Of a stretch of DNA of 64,000 nt, positions 58,473-64,000 are shown in pieces. The notes under the pieces were generated by a model, which worked only from the letters and a program-made list of their open reading frames with translations, had not been told where the DNA came from and searched no databases. Within the stretch, counting starts at the first letter, position 1. Every line of letters starts with the position of its first letter. Source of the stretch: Pseudobdellovibrionaceae bacterium (GTDB lineage: Bacteria; Bdellovibrionota; Bdellovibrionia; Bdellovibrionales; Bdellovibrionaceae); the NCBI GenBank assembly GCA_016719575.1, contig JADJYV010000008.1, positions 15,440-79,439 of the forward strand, written 5' to 3'. Made by a program: the position numbers and the translations under genes.

Positions 58473-59870
58473 CTATTCCCCTTCTTCTTGCGCTCCTAGT
58501 TTTTGTAGTTCTTCTTTCAAACGTTGATCCGCCTGTTCTTTGGCTGACCCACCAGAGGCTTTGGTTTCTTTCGCCGCTGTTGGAGCTGTTGGAATTGGCA
58601 GGCCTTCGCTTTCGTACTTGGCAATTAATGCCTTTGCATCACCAATCAATTTTTCAGCTCGTTCTGGATCATCGTATCCAGGAATGGTCATAATCTCTTC
58701 GACTGTGGCCGTTGCTACAGATTGAAACGAACCAAAACCAGATTGAAAAATATTTTGCGCCATCGTTTGGCTCATGCCCGGAAGTAACATCAAATTGAAA
58801 ATGGACTCCGCCGTACGAGAGGCTGCTGATGATTCAGAAATAATATCCAACTTCCAAGTTGTAAGCTTTGCCGCCAAACGAACGTTTTGTCCTCGCTTAC
58901 CGATTGCTAAACTCAATTGACTGTCGGGAACGACCACTTCCATTTCTTTATTTGCTTCATCAACGAAGACTCGAGAAATTTCAGCTGGAGCGAGAGCATT
59001 GCAAGCAAAGCGAGTGACATCTTCATCCCAAGATATAATATCAATTTTTTCGCCGCGAAGTTCCTGCACAATATTCTGAACTCGGGAGCCTTTCATGCCG
59101 ACACACGCGCCCACAGGATCAATAGCGCTGTCTTTCGAGCGAACAGCAATTTTAGCTCTCTGACCTGGTTCACGTGCTGCACTCATAATCTCAACGACAC
59201 CGTCGTAAATCTCTGGAACTTCCATCTCAAAAAGCTTCATCAAATAACGCTCATCTGCACGAGACATGATGATCTGCGGTCCGCGAGTTGTTTGTCGAAC
59301 TTCGGAGAGATATCCCTGAATACGATCGCCTGGCTTATAAGACTCACCAGGGATTTGTTCTCGAGGCGGAATATAAGCCTCCGTTCTTCCTAAATCGACA
59401 ACAATTGCGCCCTTTTCTACTCGGCGAGCAATCCCTGAAGCTATTTCACCCTTTCGTTCTTCAAACTCATTAAAAATAATAGATCTTTCAGCATCACGAA
59501 CTTTTTGCATGATAATTTGTTTGGCTGTTTGAGCCGCAATTCGGCCTAACTCACCCGCATCCATTTTGATTCCGATGGAGTCACCCTCTTGAGCTTGAGG
59601 GTCTAACTTCAAAGCTTCATCCATCGGAATTTCAACTTCTTCATCAATGTATTTTTCACGAGGCACAACCTCTTTAAATTGAAAAAGTTCGACCTCACCA
59701 GTGTCATCGTTATAAGTAGCTTCAATCTCGCGATATGTTCCATACTTTTTGCGAGCAGCTACCAACATCCCTTGAGTGATCGCTTCGACCACGACTTGCT
59801 TGTCGATTCCTTTGTCTTTACCGACTTGCTCAATAACGCGACTGAGATCCGTAAACATATTTTCAGCCAT
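58473..59870 (-). CDS. nusA: Transcription termination/antitermination factor NusA
   Basis: 465 aa with S1 and two KH domains (...GACVGMKGSRVQ..., ...AIGKRGQNVRLA...). Confidence 0.96.
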   Translation of the reverse strand: MAENMFTDLSRVIEQVGKDKGIDKQVVVEAITQGMLVAARKKYGTYREIEATYNDDTGEVELFQFKEVVPREKYIDEEVEIPMDEALKLDPQAQEGDSIGIKMDAGELGRIAAQTAKQIIMQKVRDAERSIIFNEFEERKGEIASGIARRVEKGAIVVDLGRTEAYIPPREQIPGESYKPGDRIQGYLSEVRQTTRGPQIIMSRADERYLMKLFEMEVPEIYDGVVEIMSAAREPGQRAKIAVRSKDSAIDPVGACVGMKGSRVQNIVQELRGEKIDIISWDEDVTRFACNALAPAEISRVFVDEANKEMEVVVPDSQLSLAIGKRGQNVRLAAKLTTWKLDIISESSAASRTAESIFNLMLLPGMSQTMAQNIFQSGFGSFQSVATATVEEIMTIPGYDDPERAEKLIGDAKALIAKYESEGLPIPTAPTAAKETKASGGSAKEQADQRLKEELQKLGAQEEGE

Positions 59871-59887
59871 TGCAGTAACCTCTTTTG

Positions 59888-60439
59888 TTATTTCTTTTGT
59901 CCCTTAGTAAGTTCAAAAACAATTTTAGACTTTTCGATGGCGGATAAAGGAATACTCACTTCCATATCCTTAACTTGAAAACTTAACTTCTGCCCATCGA
60001 AAGCCCTTAAAACATCTTCAATTTGCTTCGCATTTTTAAGTTTTTTATCAGCGACGCCATAATTCTCGAATGTCCCCGACGTCTTGACCCAGATCTTTCT
60101 TCCAACAGCCTTCTCAAAATGCCAAGGTCGTCGCAACCAGCGATCTAAGCCCGGCGTGGAAACCTCAAGATAATAAGCCTCTCCGGGGATGACATCCTGT
60201 TCATCGAGAAGGGTGTCTAAGGCTCGAGAGACCCTAGAACAGTCGTCGATACTCACGCCCGTTGGTTCATCACCCTCAACTATTCCCTTGCAAACTTCTT
60301 TATCGATAAAGAGTCGAAGAGTGCGGCCTTTGCCTATACCAACAAATTCGATGTCGTAAAGTATGCAGCCTTCTTGAGCCGCTACTTCTTGCGCCATCTT
60401 TTCAACTCTGTCCATCCATGATGGATTTGATTCGGTCAT
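59888..60439 (-). CDS. rimP: Ribosome maturation factor RimP
   Basis: 183 aa, upstream of nusA, with an ...YLEVSTPGLDRWL motif. Confidence 0.9.
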   Translation of the reverse strand: MTESNPSWMDRVEKMAQEVAAQEGCILYDIEFVGIGKGRTLRLFIDKEVCKGIVEGDEPTGVSIDDCSRVSRALDTLLDEQDVIPGEAYYLEVSTPGLDRWLRRPWHFEKAVGRKIWVKTSGTFENYGVADKKLKNAKQIEDVLRAFDGQKLSFQVKDMEVSIPLSAIEKSKIVFELTKGQKK

Positions 60440-60463
60440 TAACTAAAGTCTTTCGCTAATAAT

Positions 60464-60488
60464 AAAAAAAGGCCCAACTAGGGCCTTT
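60464..60488 (-). terminator. Rho-independent terminator between the GNAT gene and rimP
   Basis: Minus-strand sense AAAGGCCC-tagtt-GGGCCTTTTTTTT: an 8-bp stem followed by a U-tract. Confidence 0.75.
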
Positions 60489-60530
60489 CGATTGCAGAAC
60501 TTAGCAAAAAACTTCAAGGAGAGCAAGGGT

Positions 60531-60974
60531 TTATCGCAAAGTATATAGCCATGCACTTCCTCCCCCAGGATAGTAATTGGCGCGAACCCCCATACGACAG
60601 AACCCTAAAGACTCATAAAGCCCCCAGGCCCCCTTATTTTCGCAATGGACTTCAAGCCACAATTCTTTGTCTGCAGGTTTTATAACGATAATATGACTTA
60701 GGAGGCTCCGCATCAAACCCTGTCCCCAAAACTCTGGGTGGCTTGCGACCACCGATATCTCCCAAGCTACAGGGGTCACTCGGTAGAGTACAAAGTTGAC
60801 CAGGCGTTGACCATGAAAGGTTCCCCAGCCTTCGGTTGAATGAAACTCTGCCTGTAAAGTTTCTGCAGGCCAGTGAAACCCAATCAAATCACGATGACAA
60901 CGGTACAGGTCTGAAACCACTTGCTGAACACGCCCCTCATCTAAAGGCTTTAGGGGGCGCATTTCATAACTCAC
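60531..60974 (-). CDS. GNAT-family N-acetyltransferase (RimI-like)
   Basis: 147 aa. ...VVASHPEFWGQGLMRSLL... matches the acetyl-CoA binding motif (Q/RxxGxG/A), and ...YESLGF... is also present. Confidence 0.75.
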   Translation of the reverse strand: MSYEMRPLKPLDEGRVQQVVSDLYRCHRDLIGFHWPAETLQAEFHSTEGWGTFHGQRLVNFVLYRVTPVAWEISVVASHPEFWGQGLMRSLLSHIIVIKPADKELWLEVHCENKGAWGLYESLGFCRMGVRANYYPGGGSAWLYTLR

Positions 60975-61624
60975 TGAGGCCCAACCTTGTTGTTTGCACT
61001 TTCAGCAAGAATATTCCGTACCTTGTATTTACGTTTGATGATCTCAAACCAGGCTCGGGTTCTCTCTTCGAGTTGCTGTTGGCCCAAAAAACTCTTAACA
61101 TTTTCCTTAAAACCCGAAAAAGAAAGCTCCCCAAATTTCAGTCGATTCTTTTCGTAATATGCCAGAGCCTCACTGTCACTAATGACACCCACCATTGAGC
61201 TGGTTTTAAAGCGAATAAATTCTTTCGCCGACAGTTTTTGCGCCACAAACTTTTTTAACTCAACGGCGCTGACCTCAAGGGACTGCCAAGTCGCCCGCCC
61301 CTCCATCGCTTTTTCTACTTTTCGCATCGCCTCTTGCACCTGATCTTCCGTCACCCGAGCAACGGAAAAATTATCGGCCTCTCTATGAACGACAATCTCC
61401 AAAAGAACTGCGGTGACCTCATTGACCATCGCCGGGTCTCCAAGCTTTAGATCAAAAGACTGAGCTTTCTCTTTTTGCGGAAAAAGCACGCGATCAATCG
61501 CCGCCGATATTTGCACTTCACGGCTAGTTACAACTCGATCACCAACTTGACCCACGGATTGAGAAACTACGTGTGTCGCAGCTAACGAAAAAAATGCCAA
61601 CAAAACAATTAAAACTCTATACAC
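60971..61624 (-). CDS. Periplasmic SurA-N-domain-like chaperone (no PPIase domain seen)
   Basis: GTG 61624 gives signal peptide (M)YRVLIVLLAFFSLAATHVVSQS. The TTG at 61648 in the ORF track sits inside the upstream terminator U-tract. The start remains uncertain. Confidence 0.55.
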   Translation of the reverse strand: MYRVLIVLLAFFSLAATHVVSQSVGQVGDRVVTSREVQISAAIDRVLFPQKEKAQSFDLKLGDPAMVNEVTAVLLEIVVHREADNFSVARVTEDQVQEAMRKVEKAMEGRATWQSLEVSAVELKKFVAQKLSAKEFIRFKTSSMVGVISDSEALAYYEKNRLKFGELSFSGFKENVKSFLGQQQLEERTRAWFEIIKRKYKVRNILAESANNKVGPQ

Positions 61625-61646
61625 AGCCTTAGAATGACACCAGTGC

Positions 61647-61689
61647 AAAAAAAAAGAAAGCCCTTATGAAGATGACATAAGGGCTTTCT
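61647..61689 (-). terminator. Strong rho-independent terminator after the 61714-62883 OMP gene
   Basis: A perfect 14-bp stem: agaaagcccttatg (61655-61668), a 7-nt loop, then cataagggctttct (61676-61689). On the minus strand it is followed by T8 (61647-61654). Confidence 0.85.
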
Positions 61690-61713
61690 GGTTCGAAACC
61701 GAATGACTAAAGA

Positions 61714-62883
61714 TTAAAAATTCACTTTTGCTGCAATCGCGACTGTATAATAATTCAACTTTTCAATTGGAGTTCCGCCGCTAGACTGAAGTCCAGAAGT
61801 AAATACTGGCTGGTTGTTAACTCGGCTAGTAAGATTAAACATATAACGATACTCAAATCCAAGAGCGAAGTTCTTGTTAAACTCCAAATCCACTCCTGCC
61901 GTCACACCCAAGTCAAGGGCGTGTGAATCACTAGACGATCCCTTATACGGTTGGCCCATGTAAACCACATCACGCCAAGTATATTTACGATAACTATAAG
62001 AAGTAAGACCACCTAACACTGGACGAACCATGCCTGACATCAACTGATACTTAGCCGCAATGGCTCCCTGATATTGATCAGCATCAATTAACTTCGGATA
62101 ATAGGGATTGTATGTCGCGTCCACTTGTTCAATCTCGTAATTTGAGAATAAAAATGATCCCTCGACAACCAAAGAGTCAAATTTAGTTCCCATCGCAGCA
62201 CCGAACGAATAATTGCCGCGCACATTTGCGACGTCAGGATAATCACTCACGCCGGCAAGACCACTGAAGTAATAAGCTGATCGCCGCTTTTCAACAACTT
62301 CCTCGGCAACTTTTGCGCGAAGTTCGTCACGAACGATATCACGCAGATTTTCCTTGGGCTCCACAGGCTGCACAACAATTGGCTGTGCTGGCGCAGGCTG
62401 CGTTGACACAACAGTTACATTTGAATTTGTTTGTTCCAACTTATTGCCAAATAAAAGTTCCGCACGACGCTTCTCATCTTCGAGACGGGATTGCTCGAGC
62501 TTCTCGACGATCTTTTGCTCAGTTTGAATCTCAGCATCTTGACGAGACTTTCTCATGACTTCAGCCCGCGACTCCACCAGGGGCGTAGACTCAATAATGG
62601 CAACAGGCTGCTTTTGCACCTGAGATGTCTGAGTCTGAGCATTGGCATTTGAAGTCGGCGTTGCCTGATTCAATATATAGATAGGCTGAGCCCCATGATT
62701 AGCGGTTCCAGCTACGGAACCTGACACGGGAGCGGGAGTCGCAACAGCACTGCCGGCCTGCTTGTTTGCGTACATTTGGTCAAGCTCTTGATCGACTTCC
62801 GCATCGATATTCGCCCCTTGAGCCAAACTCAAATTTGGAGCGACCATCAAAGCCGCAAGGACAGAGAAATAGATACTTTTCAT
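61714..62883 (-). CDS. Outer-membrane beta-barrel protein with a coiled or low-complexity periplasmic N-region
   Basis: ATG 62883 gives signal peptide MKSIYFSVLAALMVAPNLSLAQG. The C-terminus ...YYTVAIAAKVNF carries the OMP terminal-Phe signature. Confidence 0.7.
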   Translation of the reverse strand: MKSIYFSVLAALMVAPNLSLAQGANIDAEVDQELDQMYANKQAGSAVATPAPVSGSVAGTANHGAQPIYILNQATPTSNANAQTQTSQVQKQPVAIIESTPLVESRAEVMRKSRQDAEIQTEQKIVEKLEQSRLEDEKRRAELLFGNKLEQTNSNVTVVSTQPAPAQPIVVQPVEPKENLRDIVRDELRAKVAEEVVEKRRSAYYFSGLAGVSDYPDVANVRGNYSFGAAMGTKFDSLVVEGSFLFSNYEIEQVDATYNPYYPKLIDADQYQGAIAAKYQLMSGMVRPVLGGLTSYSYRKYTWRDVVYMGQPYKGSSSDSHALDLGVTAGVDLEFNKNFALGFEYRYMFNLTSRVNNQPVFTSGLQSSGGTPIEKLNYYTVAIAAKVNF

Positions 62884-63340
62884 AAGAGTCTCCTCATCAT
62901 TCAACTTTTGATCACTCACGGGTAAGAGCAACGCCTGTGCCAAAAAGACCCCAGCTCCTGCCCTCTGTCTAACTAGTTGATATTATGGGATGATCAACAA
63001 AGAGACCCGGAGTGCATTTCGGCCCCAAAATATCGATTTTGACTGCTTTTCAGACAATCACGTGAAAGGATTTCAAAAAATCACAAAAGAATCAGCAATC
63101 CGGGGTCAGCTGAATTTCAGGCAACTGCATATAAAAAGACGTAATCTGTATTCCTAGCCCTAAATTATGATTAAACAGCCTAATCTTAGCGTAGATACTC
63201 TACTTATTGGGACTTATCACCCCTAAATTCCTATCCTTTTTATAAGGTTCGCTTTTTTTCCTTGATATAAATCGAACACGACTCAATAGTCCGTTTCGCG
63301 AAAAAAATTAAATAATATTCAATCACTTGTAGAGGTTCAG

Positions 63341-64000
63341 ATGTTTAATAAAATTGTCATTGTCGTCTCAGCATTTTGTTTTATCAACAATATCCCGAGG
63401 TACGCTCTAGCCACCTCGTCTTCAAGCAAACCTAGCGGCAGCAATCATAGCGGCAGCAATCATAGCGGCAGCAATCATAGCGGCAGCAATCATAGCGGCA
63501 GCAATCATGGCGGCAGCAATCATGGCGGCAGCAATCATGGCGGCAGCAATCATGGCGGCAGCAATCATGGCGGCAGCAATCATGGCGGCAGCAATCATGG
63601 CGGCAGCAATCATGGCGGCAGCAATCATGGCGGCAGCAATCATGGCGGCAGCAATCATGGCGGCAGCAACAACGGCGGCGGCAACAACGGCGGCGGCAAC
63701 AACGGCGGCGGCAACAACGGCGGCGGCAACAACGGCGGCGGCAACAACGGCGGCGGCAACAACGGCGGCGGCAACAACGGCGGCGGCAACAACGGCGGCG
63801 GCAACAATGGCGGCGGCAACAATGGCGGCGGCAACAATGGCGGCGGCAACAATGGCGGCGGCAACAATGGTGGCGGCAACAATGGTGGCGGCAACAATGG
63901 TGGCGGCAACAATGGCGGCGGCAACAATGGTGGCGGCAACAATGGTGGCGGCAACAATGGCGGCGGCAACAATGGCGGCGGCAACAATGGCGGCGGCAAC
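63341..64000 (+). CDS. Secreted pentapeptide-repeat (SGSNH/GGSNH/GGGNN) protein, 5' part; open at the right edge
   Basis: Absent from the ORF track because no stop lies in the window. ATG 63341 is preceded by AGAGG. MFNKIVIVVSAFCFINNIPRYALA/TSSSSKP is a signal peptide, and the 15-bp repeat array follows in frame. Confidence 0.6.
   Translation, partial: MFNKIVIVVSAFCFINNIPRYALATSSSSKPSGSNHSGSNHSGSNHSGSNHSGSNHGGSNHGGSNHGGSNHGGSNHGGSNHGGSNHGGSNHGGSNHGGSNHGGSNHGGSNNGGGNNGGGNNGGGNNGGGNNGGGNNGGGNNGGGNNGGGNNGGGNNGGGNNGGGNNGGGNNGGGNNGGGNNGGGNNGGGNNGGGNNGGGNNGGGNNGGGNNGGGNNGGGN
63434..64000 (+). repeat. Perfect 15-bp tandem repeat array, at least 37 units, continuing past the window edge
   Basis: Units are arranged in blocks:
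- 5 x agcggcagcaatcat (63434-63508).
- 10 x ggcggcagcaatcat (63509-63658).
- 1 x ggcggcagcaacaac (63659-63673).
- 8 x ggcggcggcaacaac (63674-63793).
- 13 x ggYggcggcaacaat (63794-63988), plus a partial unit. Confidence 0.98.

Noticed and set aside
61689-61700. ggttcgaaacc, which looks like a tRNA T-arm/T-loop.
   Set aside because: The flanking sequence cannot form acceptor, D or anticodon arms. The segment is just the 3' flank of the 14-bp terminator stem.
62944-63340. A 397-bp AT-rich gap upstream of the repeat-protein gene, with an inverted repeat gttgat-N11-atcaac at about 62983-63005.
   Set aside because: It could be an operator or promoter element, but a single short inverted repeat is expected by chance. 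No RNA gene features were seen.
63422-63999. Minus-strand ORFs from the track: MIAAAMIAAA... (63422-63658) and PPLLPPPLL... (63655-63999).
   Set aside because: They are reverse-complement read-throughs of the 15-bp repeat. The repeat lacks stops in several frames. They have no credible start context, no Shine-Dalgarno and no non-repeat N-terminus. The plus-strand frame has an ATG, a Shine-Dalgarno and a signal peptide.
63434-64000. Could the regular repeat array be a CRISPR array?
   Set aside because: Units are only 15 bp and directly abut one another with no unique spacers. No cas genes are nearby, and the array is in frame with an upstream signal peptide.
1-64000. A search for mobile elements, integrases, transposases, prophage genes, toxin-antitoxin pairs, defence systems, and rRNA or tRNA genes.
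   Set aside because: None was recognised on either strand. The accessory-looking stretch at 33.9-38.9 kb has no flanking repeats or recombinase visible in this window.

Overview
A 64 kb chromosomal segment from a Gram-negative bacterium. Gene content and order (alternative complex III, a PilM-like type II secretion system, many outer-membrane beta-barrels) look deltaproteobacterial or Bdellovibrio-like, but that lineage call is low confidence and made from memory only.

Gene blocks, left to right:
1. fni (partial), then the rplT-rpmI-infC-thrS operon on the minus strand. infC appears to use the classic ATT start.
2. A complete alternative complex III operon, actABCDEF, on the minus strand, directly downstream of the System II cytochrome c maturation genes ccsB and ccsA.
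3. A formylglutamate-amidohydrolase-family gene, a PduO-type corrinoid adenosyltransferase, and a run of uncharacterised genes. These include a coiled-coil membrane protein and a membrane protein with a degenerate PilZ-like C-terminus.
4. A 13 kb type II secretion cluster, gspCDEFGHIJKLMN, with gspF split by a frameshift. ssb follows.
5. A roughly 5 kb accessory stretch of envelope or unknown genes in which four consecutive genes look frameshifted.
6. rel-rpoZ-gmk-yicC-miaA-mutL on the minus strand.
7. Envelope and glycosyltransferase genes.
8. The conserved rimP-nusA-infB-rbfA-truB-rpsO-pnp-M16 peptidase-dut block on the minus strand.
9. At the right edge, an open-ended plus-strand gene. It encodes a signal peptide followed by at least 37 perfect 15-bp (pentapeptide) tandem repeats: SGSNH, then GGSNH, then GGGNN.

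No rRNA, tRNA, CRISPR array or recognisable mobile element was found.

The two most notable observations are the repeat-protein gene and six frameshifts. Every frameshift sits in a homopolymer run, and four are clustered within 3.5 kb. All calls rest on hand translation and remembered family motifs. No database search was possible.
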